From positions 960,001-1,024,000 of the forward strand of contig CBDASK010000003.1 of NCBI GenBank assembly GCA_965199495.1: a stretch of 64,000 nucleotides of DNA, in the 5' to 3' direction. Below the pieces are notes generated by a model that did no database searches, was not told the origin of the DNA, and was given only the letters and a program-made list of their open reading frames with translations. The position numbers and the translations under genes are program-made. Shown piece after piece: positions 19,501 through 29,082 of the stretch; the stretch's first letter is position 1, and each line of letters begins with the position of its first letter. This stretch comes from Abditibacterium sp. (GTDB lineage: Bacteria; Armatimonadota; Abditibacteriia; Abditibacteriales; Abditibacteriaceae).

Positions 19501-21911
19501 TGATGTTTGGTCGCGCCGTCGAAATCCATGATTTCGGCGATTAAAGGCGATTGTTCCAAGAGCGCTGCCCAATCGCCCAATCCGCCGCCGACTTCGAGCG
19601 CCCGTAAATCTTCCACAAGTCGTTCGATGTCGCGTTCGTCGCGCATTCGCAGCATTGCGCTGCGATTGGTATCGGCGGCGCGGGCGCGCAAATGGGCCAA
19701 ATCACTTTCGATCTGGGCGATGGTTTCGCCGTTTCCGGCGTTTTCGACCAGCAAACGCGAAAGCGCCGCGCGCACGACCTGGCGTTCGTGCTGGCGCGTG
19801 AGCCGCGGCCCCAAGCGCGCCGCTTCGCCGCGCGAATCGGAAAACGCCAGCAAACGCCGCCCGCCCGCAGGCAGCCACGCCCGCGCCGCCGCCGGAAACG
19901 GCGGCAGTTGCGAGAGCGTCGTCTCGGCCAAAATCGATTGCACCAGCGTGTGCGCCGCGCGAAACCGCTCGAATTCGTTGCTCTGCCCGCAACACGAACA
20001 CGTCGGAAATTTTTTGCTCTCTTCGCGCCATTTCGCAGTTTTAATCAGAGAGTTTTCGGAAAGTTCGTCGTCGGCACGTTCTTCTTTTTCGCCCGTCGCG
20101 CTCAAAGGAAACAATTCGCGGCCCGCTCTCGCGCCCAATTTGCCGAAGACCGGATCGAACAATTGCGTGTGATTGTCATTGCCTTGCAGCGCGAAAAATA
20201 GCGATTTCTCTTCTTTGTCGCCCACATTTGGCTTGGAATAGCCTTTGGTTTGGAGCGGCGATAAAGTCCCATCGCTGGCACACCTGGCGCCCACGAACGC
20301 TTCGCCGCAGTTGTTGCAGCGCACCAGCGACAGCAGAGCGCCCGCGCAGTGCGGACAGTTTTGGCCCGCAGATGCGCTTAAAACACCCCAGACCGGATGG
20401 CGCGGCGTGCCTTTGCAATTGGGATTCAAGCAGATATTGATGCCCGCCGCGCCACGCGCCAATAAGTGAATGCGATGTGGCACGAGCGGATAATCGCCGA
20501 TATTTTGCCGCGCGGCGGCGCCCATTTGCAGCAACAAAGCCGTCGCGCGGCACGCCGTGACTTCATCGGCGGCGCCCCACAACTGGCGCGATAAATCGGG
20601 CAACGATAAGCGACTGTGCGCGCGCAAAATTCGATTGAGTTGCTGCACGAGCGGCGCATTTTCGAGCGCCCACAACACGCGCGCCGGATGGTTTTCGGTC
20701 GTCATTGCGGGCGTTGTCAGGGCAGAATCGGCCACTAAAAGTGGCAAAAGCTGCTTCCATTGGGCGGCGATTTGCGGTTCGGGCGCCAAAGTCGCCTCGC
20801 CGGTTTGAGCATCCAGACAAATGGTGGCTTCACGCGGCCACGCCGTCTCCAAGATCTGCGCGGGCGTTGGAGTTTGAGCGGGCGGCAACGGCGTCGGGTA
20901 TGATTCGGGCGCCCGTTCGCCCGTCACGACGTGAACGGAAGCGTCGTCTTTGCCAAAGAGTTGCGCGGCGAACGCGCGCAAATCGTCGCGCGTGCCGCCC
21001 AGCGTCGCCGAAGTTGCCAGATGCAGAATTTCGTTGGGTTCTTTGCCGCAACGCAGCAACACGCGCCGCAACAACAATGTGATTTCGGCGGCTAAAGTTC
21101 CGGCGTAAAGGTGGGCTTCATCTAAAACGATGGTGCGCAAACTCGGCCCGAAAAACGGCGCGTCCTGCGGGCGGCACAACATATATTCGAGCATCGAATA
21201 ATTGGTGATAATGATGTCGGGCGGGTCTTTGCGCGCTGCCTCGCGGGTGCGGCGGCGCCAAGGAGTGCCGGGCGGTATATCGCGTTTGTCGGCGAAGCGG
21301 TCGTTTTCTGGCGTTTCGCTGGTGAGATGAAAAAAGGAAAATTCGTTTTGCTGGCACAACCATTTTTCCAATCGTTCGACCTGATCGTTGACCAGAGCGT
21401 TCATCGGATAAAGCAAAATCGCTTTCACGCCCGCGCCGCCTGGGGCGGACGAATCGGCCCACAAATCGTTGAGAAGTGGCAGCAAAAACGCCTCGGTTTT
21501 TCCGGCGCCCGTCGGCGCCGTCACCACCAGAACCGGACGCCGATTTTTCGCTCGATGGCGCGCTTCCAACAGCACGGTTTCGCGCTGATGACTGTAAAGC
21601 GGGCGCTCGCGTGGCATCACGCCGCGCGCTTCGAGATGCGCGGCCAACTCCGCATTGAACACTCCGTCGGCAACGAGATTTTCCAAACCCTGATCGCTAC
21701 TTTTAGCGGGCGGCGCGGCCTCGACCCACAAATCGGAAAGCAAGCCGCCGCGCGCGGGCACATCGCTCCACAAATCGCGCAAAATTTGGCCGAGTTGCGC
21801 ATCGCGCACCCAATGACGATCGAGATGAAAATCGACCAAACGAGTTCGCAGCGCGTGAGAAAGGCCGATGGCGTCAATTTGAGCCGCGTCGGAAGAAGTG
21901 AAATTACGCAT
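16554..21911 (-). CDS. Large DEAH-box SF2 helicase with C-terminal DUF1998 (DruE-like), 1785 aa
   Basis: LYSHQ, APTGAGKTEAF, YPMNALVNDQ, TNYSMLEY, DEAH, SATL, FSDSR..AA, EHSAQL, TTLEMGIDIG, QRAGRAGRR, LPRYGFP, FDNTPGGAG, CEEGCLDCL; ATG 21911 lies 4 nt after the upstream stop. Confidence 0.9.
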   Translation of the reverse strand: MRNFTSSDAAQIDAIGLSHALRTRLVDFHLDRHWVRDAQLGQILRDLWSDVPARGGLLSDLWVEAAPPAKSSDQGLENLVADGVFNAELAAHLEARGVMPRERPLYSHQRETVLLEARHRAKNRRPVLVVTAPTGAGKTEAFLLPLLNDLWADSSAPGGAGVKAILLYPMNALVNDQVERLEKWLCQQNEFSFFHLTSETPENDRFADKRDIPPGTPWRRRTREAARKDPPDIIITNYSMLEYMLCRPQDAPFFGPSLRTIVLDEAHLYAGTLAAEITLLLRRVLLRCGKEPNEILHLATSATLGGTRDDLRAFAAQLFGKDDASVHVVTGERAPESYPTPLPPAQTPTPAQILETAWPREATICLDAQTGEATLAPEPQIAAQWKQLLPLLVADSALTTPAMTTENHPARVLWALENAPLVQQLNRILRAHSRLSLPDLSRQLWGAADEVTACRATALLLQMGAAARQNIGDYPLVPHRIHLLARGAAGINICLNPNCKGTPRHPVWGVLSASAGQNCPHCAGALLSLVRCNNCGEAFVGARCASDGTLSPLQTKGYSKPNVGDKEEKSLFFALQGNDNHTQLFDPVFGKLGARAGRELFPLSATGEKEERADDELSENSLIKTAKWREESKKFPTCSCCGQSNEFERFRAAHTLVQSILAETTLSQLPPFPAAARAWLPAGGRRLLAFSDSRGEAARLGPRLTRQHERQVVRAALSRLLVENAGNGETIAQIESDLAHLRARAADTNRSAMLRMRDERDIERLVEDLRALEVGGGLGDWAALLEQSPLIAEIMDFDGATKHQAGDWIQDRWEKNAREIKKRLRLLMGAQLAARGNDGTSVETLGLAEITYPGLAELQVPPQLAGILSGATLNGLRAHWSDYLAALLDTMRAEGFLTLGDDVADEEFSSGYIPLGRWCCENQIFGLRLGRFIGETQRHRRSRFTLDVLERLGLDEIARINLYRNVLEAAWQQLLNADLSWLEKDKREVRTGQTKTLSIEAIRLRFDKLGLRAPLDVFLCPTTGWAFARSVAGAAPEIGAKALMAATPEQLDAHPRLGRLRREFLSDPVFSIGLWAEEHSAQLSPPENRRLQDLFKVGARNVLSSTTTLEMGIDIGGLGAVFMSNVPPGPANYFQRAGRAGRRADGSSLALTHTKPTPFDREVFARFGDYLGRQLRVPRVNLGRERVARRHLAAFLLGEFFARSQAQEQRTGAMTAYGKMGGFMGAPAPIRWRKNEAKPNYGTIGGGLAAKFETFLKSIGDETELFERAKKLTRGTPVGEQLQSDASQWNVLLKTLLLEFGEKVTVWKNDYQELLAAWGALDASDPTGAVWRIAAALRYQMEAMYDTTVIETLADRQFLPRYGFPIGLQKLRVLALDEGKNGEENTQRRKVVEEDKFRLERAGIMALREYVPGSKLLVGGKLVTSHGLLKHWTGANLNVAIGFSGQSARCVNGHFFYETQGEVGLCPICQNPPRETPRALLLPRFGFTGAAWNPPRAVSQDVERVGVVLPESTTFAVGEASHFWDDFGGVLHLHADYKEDGEILVANGGEKNLGFAICTKCGFADSEAKANGDGRTNLPKRFAEHARIDAPNDKWRCWSDGEAPVLRRQTLAAKETTDALQLDFSRALGGFASKRRLMETLALSLKIAGARLLELDARELGAFVTSTTEGLAIFLFDNTPGGAGHVLQLAELGREWLEAARQTLYVSPEHDARCEEGCLDCLLVGDPLAGADPLPRREALEMLAATLENRPFDQNYRAEAVQAAISFAADAQAAVVPVKRRSKQI

Positions 21912-21915
21912 ATTT

Positions 21916-24780
21916 TTAGCGAGAGGATTGAAGTTGTGCGGCCAGTCTTTCGAGCAAGTAGGTCGCGGCAAATTGGCGATTCGTGGAAGATTCGAGCGCA
22001 AAGCGTAGGGCGTGACTGTCGCTATCGCTCGATGTTGCGCCTTCAAGGCGCGCTTTGAGCCGACTTTTTAGTTGGCTAATTTCGGGCGAGCGAGAAACGG
22101 GCGACGCGGATTTTATCGCTTCGAGCGCGCTACGAAAGAGCCGCGCAAATCCCGACTGACCGTTGGCCCAATCGCGCGCGATGGCCAACATCAAAAATGG
22201 GTCGGCTTCGCCCAATTCGCGCAGCAGTTGAGGCGGCGCGGCGCCCGTTTTTTCGCCCCAAACCGCGAATAAGGCTTTGGCGGTGGCGTTGTCGCCGTTC
22301 CAGTTGCCGCGAAACACAGCGCGCACCAACTCGCCGCCGTCGTTGGAAAATCGCAAATCCCAATTGTTGGCCGTTTTGCCCAGCCACGCCCGCAGAACTT
22401 CGATCGGCCAATGGTGAGCCAGAGCGAAATAGAGCGACTTTTGTTCGTGCCAGGGCAAACGCATCCAACGCGCCATCAGCGCGAACCGATAGGCGCGTTC
22501 GCTTTCCCAATTTTTCGGACACAGCTCGCGCCAATCTTCCGTGAAGTGCGCGCCCAACCATGTGCCCGCGAAGGCGATACCCGCGCCCAAAACCGGCGCG
22601 CTTTCGTGCTGAAAACTAAACGGCACAATCCAACGTTTGCCCGCGTCCATCGGCACGATTTGCTCGCCCAATCCCATCGCAAGCGCGCCACGATGTCCCC
22701 AGACCACGACTTTATGGGCCTGCGTCGGTTCGACGGCGGTGCTTAAAGTCAGATGAATTTCGCTGCGCGCGCGGCGCTTCACGTCGAGCAAAATGCCGCC
22801 ATCGCGCACCGAGCGAGCGATTTCGATTCGCGTGTTCTCGCTCGCAAAAGGCGCTTCGCGCACCGAAAGCGGCGCTCCGGACGGTTGCGCCGGGCGCAAT
22901 GCGCGCGGGCGGCGCGGAACCGAGGCAAACGGCAAATCGCCCTGACAAACTTGAGCGTTTTCGTTCCATTGTCCCCAAATTTTCCATTCGCGTTCTTGGC
23001 CGGTATTCCAAATTTCGCTGCCATCGGCAATTTTCCATTCATCGGCGAAATCCATCGAATTTCGCCGCGTCAATCGCCACAACACCACGCAAAGCGGCAC
23101 GTTGACGCGTCGTTCAACTGTCGTTTGTTCATCATTTGGGCCGTTGAGATCGGCCTCTATTGTTACCGTCGCAGCCAGCGTTTGGAGCGAAAATGGCGGC
23201 GCGACGAAGAGATTTTCGCCTTCGGATTGCAGCCAACGCCCGCCCCAGCGTAACGCCCGCACTCTGACCCTGGCCGGACACCGAATTTTCATTTGCCACG
23301 ACTGCCCCAAACGCAAACCTGCGGGCAGCGAAACGACGCTCAAATCGAAATCGCGCGCCCACTCCGGCTCTTCTTTTTGCGGCGTTTTCCAGAACGGCAC
23401 GCCATCTTCCAGAATGCGCGCGTTTTCAAACCAGTCGAATTCGGGCCGCAGAAAAACGCGCTTTCCCATGCGACTATATTGAGTTGGTAACGGCTCGATT
23501 TGCAGATCGTCGTCAACCAGCAACGCGTAAGAAGTCTGCGCGCGCGGCACGGTTTTCCAGACATCGTAGCGACGCCCAGTTTGCAAATTCCACCAGCCGA
23601 ATCCATCCTGAGCGTCCCACAACGCGAGCGCTTGTTTGGCCACGACCTGCGAAACACCAGTCACCAGGCGCGCCGTCAGCGTCGGCTCAATTAAGGGCAG
23701 TTCGCACTGGGCGTGGCTGGGCTTGAAGCGGCGGCTTTTGCCCTGCCGAATCCATTGGCCGACGCACTCGTCTTCGATATAGAGCGCAAGCGCGCCGTTT
23801 TCGAGGTAGGGCGCATTTTCGGGCGCCACGAAATCGAGGAGCGCGACACGAAAAACCGGTTCCAGTCCTTCGAGTTTGAGAGTCGTTTCGCCCAAAAACT
23901 GCGCGAGGGAAAGCGGCGCTTGCGCGTCCCAAATGGTGGCCATCGCCTGCGAAATCCGCGAGTTTTGCGCATCGGTTCGGGTGTTGCTAATTTTGCGCAA
24001 CCCCGATTGTGCACGCGCATTGTCGCATATTTCTTCCGCCCACAAAGGCAAAATCCACGGCGAAGCGATATGTTTAATTTTCCAATCCGACGGCGAAATT
24101 TGGCCGTCGCGCAGTTCGTGCAAATCGTTCCAAAAGCGGCCAAACGAGGCGCTCGAAGTCGAGTTGCCGCGCACCAAATCGCGCACGGGTGTCGGCCAAT
24201 AGTAACCGCACAGCCAGTGCGGAAGCCGTTTTGAACCGGTCAGCGTGAAGCCATATTGAAGTCGAATCGTGCCCATGTAGGCTTGCCGTTCGTCGCCCGG
24301 AAAACAGTGGCGCAAGTTCCAATGATAAGCGGCCCGTTCGATGGCGCGATAGACGCAGCCACGGGGGGCGCCTACATCGTTCCAGAAGACGCCGTGACTC
24401 TCCTCAAAACGATTATTGCGATTTTTATCGCGCTGAATCGTCGGCCAAAGTTCGTCTTCACTGCCTTCTCGCCGCATGGCTTCGGCGCAAAAGACGATCA
24501 GCAACAATCCAAACGCCGTGATTGAGGAAAGCGTTTTTCCAGCAATCCTCACGGTATGTTCTTGATGGCCGCTCGTCCAACTTTTGGCTTCGTCAAATTC
24601 CAAATGGCGCGCCCAATTTTGCAACCATTCCCAGTCGTCTTCGCCGAGTTTGAGTTCGCAAAGCGACCACGGCAAAGCATGAGGCTCCATCCATCCCGCC
24701 TGTTGAGCTTGATTTGTCAGTCGCTCAATCGCTTGAAGCGAGATGGCATCAGAAGAAATTGGCAAATCTTGGAAAATCAT
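21916..24780 (-). CDS. 954-aa Trp-rich hypothetical protein, putative helicase partner (DruH/DruF-like)
   Basis: Long ORF co-oriented with and 4 nt from the helicase; no catalytic motif recognised. Confidence 0.8.
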   Translation of the reverse strand: MIFQDLPISSDAISLQAIERLTNQAQQAGWMEPHALPWSLCELKLGEDDWEWLQNWARHLEFDEAKSWTSGHQEHTVRIAGKTLSSITAFGLLLIVFCAEAMRREGSEDELWPTIQRDKNRNNRFEESHGVFWNDVGAPRGCVYRAIERAAYHWNLRHCFPGDERQAYMGTIRLQYGFTLTGSKRLPHWLCGYYWPTPVRDLVRGNSTSSASFGRFWNDLHELRDGQISPSDWKIKHIASPWILPLWAEEICDNARAQSGLRKISNTRTDAQNSRISQAMATIWDAQAPLSLAQFLGETTLKLEGLEPVFRVALLDFVAPENAPYLENGALALYIEDECVGQWIRQGKSRRFKPSHAQCELPLIEPTLTARLVTGVSQVVAKQALALWDAQDGFGWWNLQTGRRYDVWKTVPRAQTSYALLVDDDLQIEPLPTQYSRMGKRVFLRPEFDWFENARILEDGVPFWKTPQKEEPEWARDFDLSVVSLPAGLRLGQSWQMKIRCPARVRVRALRWGGRWLQSEGENLFVAPPFSLQTLAATVTIEADLNGPNDEQTTVERRVNVPLCVVLWRLTRRNSMDFADEWKIADGSEIWNTGQEREWKIWGQWNENAQVCQGDLPFASVPRRPRALRPAQPSGAPLSVREAPFASENTRIEIARSVRDGGILLDVKRRARSEIHLTLSTAVEPTQAHKVVVWGHRGALAMGLGEQIVPMDAGKRWIVPFSFQHESAPVLGAGIAFAGTWLGAHFTEDWRELCPKNWESERAYRFALMARWMRLPWHEQKSLYFALAHHWPIEVLRAWLGKTANNWDLRFSNDGGELVRAVFRGNWNGDNATAKALFAVWGEKTGAAPPQLLRELGEADPFLMLAIARDWANGQSGFARLFRSALEAIKSASPVSRSPEISQLKSRLKARLEGATSSDSDSHALRFALESSTNRQFAATYLLERLAAQLQSSR

Positions 24781-24991
24781 GGATAACGAGTTTTTTAATT
24801 TAATATCAGTTTCATTACCAGTTTACTAATCAGGCATAATATCCAAACGTTGCTTCGGACTGGCGCGCGCGACAATGGCAATGGCGCCAACAAATTCGAT
24901 GCGTTATAGTGGGCATTCACCGCGTAAAATGTTTTGACATGTCGCCTCTTTGAACCCTTTGGCAAATTAAGTCGAAGTAAACTGATTTACA

Positions 24992-27295
24992 ATGAAACAA
25001 TTTTGTGGTCTCCACCCCGGCTTGTTGTTTGTCGCCGGAGCTTTAGTCTTCGCTGCTCCTTCGGCGCGCGCGCAAAACGCAAAAACGCCGGTGGATTACG
25101 TCAATCCCTATATCGGCAACATCAGCCACTTGCTGGTGCCGACGTTCCCGACGGTGCATTTGCCCAACGGAATGTTGCGCGTGATTCCCGACCGGGCCGA
25201 TTACACTTCGGCGACCGTCGGCGGTTTGCCGATGCTTTCGACCAGCCACCGGGGCCAGTCGGCGTTTAGTCTCAAACCCTACTCTGGGCCGCTCACCGGG
25301 CAACGCCAGAACATGAACTACACCTACGATGGGGAGAAAATTAAGCCTTATCTCTACTCGGTGTCGCTCGATGGTTTCGGTGCCCAGGGCAACGACATTG
25401 ACGTGCGTTTCGCGCCATCGGATAAAGCGGGCATTTATCGTTTCGATTATCCCACCAACGCGCCGCGCTCGTTTTCGTTTGGCGCGGGTCAGGGCAAAAT
25501 CGAAGTCAAAGGCAACACGGTGAGCGCGACGCAGAAATTGGCCAACAACACCAACGCCTACGTTTACATGGTGTGGAGCGAGACGCCGCAAAGCAGTGGC
25601 GTTTTCGATCCGCAGAGCGCGCCCCAAATCGAGAATCCCCAACCCGCCGTCACCACAACGGCTGGCGGCGGCGCCACGGTTTTCGTGGCGTTTTCCGCCA
25701 GTCGCAACGCGATTCAAGCGCGTTATGGCGTGTCGTTCATCAGCCTCGAACAGGCGCAGAAAAATTTGACCGAAGAAATCCCGACGTTCGACATAGACAG
25801 CGTCGCGGCTAAAGGCCGCGCACGCTGGAACGCGGCGTTGGGCAAACTGGCCGTCAAAGGCGGCAGCGAAGACCAGAAAACGGTGTTTTATACGTCGCTT
25901 TATCGCAACTACGAGCGCATGATTGACATTTCGGAAAATGGCTCGTACTTCAGCGCGACCGATGGAAAAGTCCACGCCGACGACGGAACTGATTTTTATA
26001 CCGACGACTGGATTTGGGACACTTACCGCGCGGCGCACCCGCTGCAAATGCTGATTAACCCTAAACAGGAATCGGCGAAAATTGATTCGTATGTGCGCAT
26101 GGCGGGGCAGTCGAAAGAAGGCTGGATGCCGACCTTTCCCGAAGTGACTGGTGACAGCCACCGCATGAACGGCAACCACGCCGTGGCTGTAGTGTGGGAC
26201 GCCTACAACAAAGGTCTGCGCGGCTTCGATTTGGAGGCCGCTTATAACGCTTCCAAGAAAGCGATTATGGAATCCACGATGGCGCCCTGGTCGCGCCGCC
26301 CCGCCAGTGGCGTGGACGCGTTTTATAAATCGAACGGTTATTTCCCCGCGCTCAAGCCCGGCGAAGCCGAAACCGATCCGGCGGTGACGAGCGAGCGGCG
26401 CCAAGCGGTCGCGGTGACGTTGGCCGCCAGCTACGACGATTGGTGTCTGGCGCAAATCGCCAAGCAGTTGGGCAAAACCGACGATTACAAATTCTTTTTG
26501 GCGCGCTCGTATAATTACCGCAATTTGTTCAACCCCGCAACCGGCTTTTTTCATCCCAAAGACAGCGACGGCAACTTCATTCAGCCGTTCGATTATCGCT
26601 TTTCGGGCGGCGTCGGCGTGCGCGATTATTACGACGAAAACAACGGCTGGACGTATCGCTGGGACGTGCAGCACAACGTCGCCGATTTGATTTCGTTGAT
26701 GGGCGGGCGCGAGAAGTTCATCGCCAATCTGGACGCGACTTTCGCCGAACCGTTGGGCCGCAGCAAACGCGATTTTTATGCGGCGTTGCCCGACCAAACC
26801 GGCAACGTCGGCCAGTTCACGATGGGCAACGAGCCGAGTTTGCACATTCCGTATCTGTATAACTACGCGGGCGCGCCGTGGAAAACGCAGCGCCGCATTC
26901 GCTCGCTGCTGGCCACGTTTTTCACCAACGACTTAATGGGCATTCCGGGCGACGAAGATGGCGGCGGCCTGACTTCATTCGTGGTGTTTTCTTCGATGGG
27001 CTTTTATCCCAGCGTCGGCTTCCCGATTTACAATATCGGCAGCCCGATTTTCACCGAAACGACGGTGAATCTGGAAAACGGCAAAAAGTTCATCGTGAGC
27101 GCGCCCAATAGTTCAGACGATAACAAATATATCCAATCGGCCACGCTCAATGGCGCGGCGTGGAACAAACCGTATTTCCGCCAGAGCGACATCGCGCAGG
27201 GCGGACGATTGGATTTGGTGATGGGGCCGCGCCCAAACAAATCGTGGGGCGCCGCGCCCGCCGACGCGCCGCCTTCGGCGGAAGCGAAACCGTAA
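24992..27295 (+). CDS. GH92 alpha-mannosidase-like glycoside hydrolase, secreted
   Basis: Signal peptide, VDYVNPYIG, WDTYRA.HPL, GNEPS.HIPYLY, PGDEDGG, YIQSATLNG. Confidence 0.92.
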   Translation: MKQFCGLHPGLLFVAGALVFAAPSARAQNAKTPVDYVNPYIGNISHLLVPTFPTVHLPNGMLRVIPDRADYTSATVGGLPMLSTSHRGQSAFSLKPYSGPLTGQRQNMNYTYDGEKIKPYLYSVSLDGFGAQGNDIDVRFAPSDKAGIYRFDYPTNAPRSFSFGAGQGKIEVKGNTVSATQKLANNTNAYVYMVWSETPQSSGVFDPQSAPQIENPQPAVTTTAGGGATVFVAFSASRNAIQARYGVSFISLEQAQKNLTEEIPTFDIDSVAAKGRARWNAALGKLAVKGGSEDQKTVFYTSLYRNYERMIDISENGSYFSATDGKVHADDGTDFYTDDWIWDTYRAAHPLQMLINPKQESAKIDSYVRMAGQSKEGWMPTFPEVTGDSHRMNGNHAVAVVWDAYNKGLRGFDLEAAYNASKKAIMESTMAPWSRRPASGVDAFYKSNGYFPALKPGEAETDPAVTSERRQAVAVTLAASYDDWCLAQIAKQLGKTDDYKFFLARSYNYRNLFNPATGFFHPKDSDGNFIQPFDYRFSGGVGVRDYYDENNGWTYRWDVQHNVADLISLMGGREKFIANLDATFAEPLGRSKRDFYAALPDQTGNVGQFTMGNEPSLHIPYLYNYAGAPWKTQRRIRSLLATFFTNDLMGIPGDEDGGGLTSFVVFSSMGFYPSVGFPIYNIGSPIFTETTVNLENGKKFIVSAPNSSDDNKYIQSATLNGAAWNKPYFRQSDIAQGGRLDLVMGPRPNKSWGAAPADAPPSAEAKP

Positions 27296-27297
27296 GC

Positions 27298-27333
27298 AAA
27301 AGGGGAGTGCGAAATGTTTCGCACCCCCTTTTT
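27298..27333 (+). terminator. Intrinsic terminator
   Basis: GGGGAGTGCGAAA-TG-TTTCGCACCCCC followed by a T tract. Confidence 0.8.
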
Positions 27334-27652
27334 GGTTGTGCTTTGTTAATTTGGCGAAGTGCGTCAAACTTGGCTTATGTTGCCTCGCTCCAGATCTCTG
27401 CGCATTTCATTGATAGTTGTGCCGCATGACAACTCCAGTTGCGCTCCATAATTTGGCTTTGATGCCCGATTCGCAATTGCTGCAGGCGAGTAGTTTCGTC
27501 ACTCCAGATACGGATGAAAACAGAGTTCAACAAATGATCAGTTTTAGTCTACATTAATACTTATTAAAGTTATGCAATTGCAGATTTCTATCTACGTGAG
27601 GTAACCTTTATAAACATTTAGTGAGGCTTTTATGTGCTCAGGAGGTGCATAT

Positions 27653-29071
27653 ATGCAGGACAACAACTGGAACGAATCAGACTGCCGATTTTTGACGAAA
27701 GGCCAGCAATGCACCACCCACAGGGGCGAATCTTCTTGGTTTTGCAAACCACATCAGAAAACCTATGGTGAGGTCAGCAATCAAGACTTGCTTGAGCAAC
27801 ATGCAACTGCGACTGCGGAGAGCATTGTCGTCAAGAATAAAGTTATTCATCTGCGTGACGTCAACATGAACGACGGCTCGTGGGATAATTTCTATAATTC
27901 ATGGCATGAGCTAATCAATCGAGACTACGAAGACATGGATATTCTCGAGTGTATTGGGAATATCTTGGAGCAACGTAATTTCTTCGCCAATTTAATGAAG
28001 CAACTTCGCGGTGAGAGAAAGTGGCGTAAGTTTGAGAAGTTAGTGGCAGGAATTCATTTGCCTGGAGAGGCAGGGACGAAAGTCAAATTCGATGATACCA
28101 TTACTGATAAGCGGACTGGGCGGCCCCGGCAGATTGATGTCAGCGTTGTCTCTACTCAGGGGTTTTACAAACATTTGGTAATCATCGAATGTAAAGATAA
28201 ATCGCGTAAAGTAACCGTAGAGTGGATTGAAGGCTTCCGATCCAAAATTGAGGATGTCGGAGCACAAAAAGGCGTGATGGTTTCGCCTCTCGGATTCACC
28301 GAGGGCGCAGTGCAGAAAGCCGAAAGCTATGGTATTGATTTATTCACTCTAACACCCCAACTCAGTGGGTGGATAAAGAGAAAGAAACATCAGACTGAAA
28401 GATTGGCCGTTCCTGATGGCTTTCGTTTTGATTGCCCGCCGCCTCCCAACTACTCTGCCCCCGCTAATCCGTCTTTTGAGAAATTCTTAATACGCTGCAA
28501 TAGCGATAGCTCAATAAAAACTCTACTGGATTTTACTAGTGGCATATGCGAAAGAGCCACTTTAAAGAAGTTCTCATTACCAACGGAAGTAAAAATCAAT
28601 TTTGGAGAGGAGAAACAAAGCCGCTACTCCATACAATTCCCAAATTCTCATACGTTCGTTCCATTATTTAGCATTACGATCAAACTTAAAGCCCATATTA
28701 GGCATGTCAGACACACAACTATTGACATTCCCCCAAAAGTCATCGGTTACACATATAACAATCTTCTGACGGGCGATAAGTATCAAATACGCACCGACGA
28801 TATTCCGAAGGGAGTCGATACAGTTCTTGAGCCAGGGCAATACTACACGGACAAATTTGACTTCAAGTGGTGGTGTATCAGCATTGAAAGCAACGAAGCG
28901 ATCATGTGGCTTCTGGATTTACCCTTGCAAGGCCGAACCATTTGCGTAGAAAGTAAACAATCATTAGATGAGGCATACAATTTTGTTCCTTTGGACGATT
29001 CAGTCGAGCAGAATCGACTGGAAAAGATCTATCGCTCAGCAGTAAGTCGAGATAGCAATACAGAATCATAA
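27653..29071 (+). CDS. Mrr-like PD-(D/E)XK restriction endonuclease-domain protein with N-terminal CCCH-type motif
   Basis: AGGAGG 7 nt before ATG 27653; WRKFEKLV, RQIDV, IIECKD, V.VE.IEGF, GVMVS..GFT.GA...A..YGI.L; clearly lower GC than the flanks. Confidence 0.8.
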   Translation: MQDNNWNESDCRFLTKGQQCTTHRGESSWFCKPHQKTYGEVSNQDLLEQHATATAESIVVKNKVIHLRDVNMNDGSWDNFYNSWHELINRDYEDMDILECIGNILEQRNFFANLMKQLRGERKWRKFEKLVAGIHLPGEAGTKVKFDDTITDKRTGRPRQIDVSVVSTQGFYKHLVIIECKDKSRKVTVEWIEGFRSKIEDVGAQKGVMVSPLGFTEGAVQKAESYGIDLFTLTPQLSGWIKRKKHQTERLAVPDGFRFDCPPPPNYSAPANPSFEKFLIRCNSDSSIKTLLDFTSGICERATLKKFSLPTEVKINFGEEKQSRYSIQFPNSHTFVPLFSITIKLKAHIRHVRHTTIDIPPKVIGYTYNNLLTGDKYQIRTDDIPKGVDTVLEPGQYYTDKFDFKWWCISIESNEAIMWLLDLPLQGRTICVESKQSLDEAYNFVPLDDSVEQNRLEKIYRSAVSRDSNTES

Positions 29072-29082
29072 CCTTTTCCCTC

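Noticed and set aside
21912..22046. ORF-track N-terminal extension of the helicase (similarly 7942-8208, 16453-16557, 42318-42584 and 47684-47809)
   Set aside because: These extensions overlap neighbouring genes or repeats; downstream ATGs fit the operon spacing and domain starts.
16554..24780. DISARM system
   Set aside because: No separate DrmB, SNF2/DrmD, PLD/DrmC or methylase genes; helicase and DUF1998 are in one chain.
25043..26845. 600-aa antisense ORF (also 45241-46167, 49380-50564 and 54-821)
   Set aside because: Shadows of well-supported genes on the opposite strand in GC-rich DNA; no motifs.
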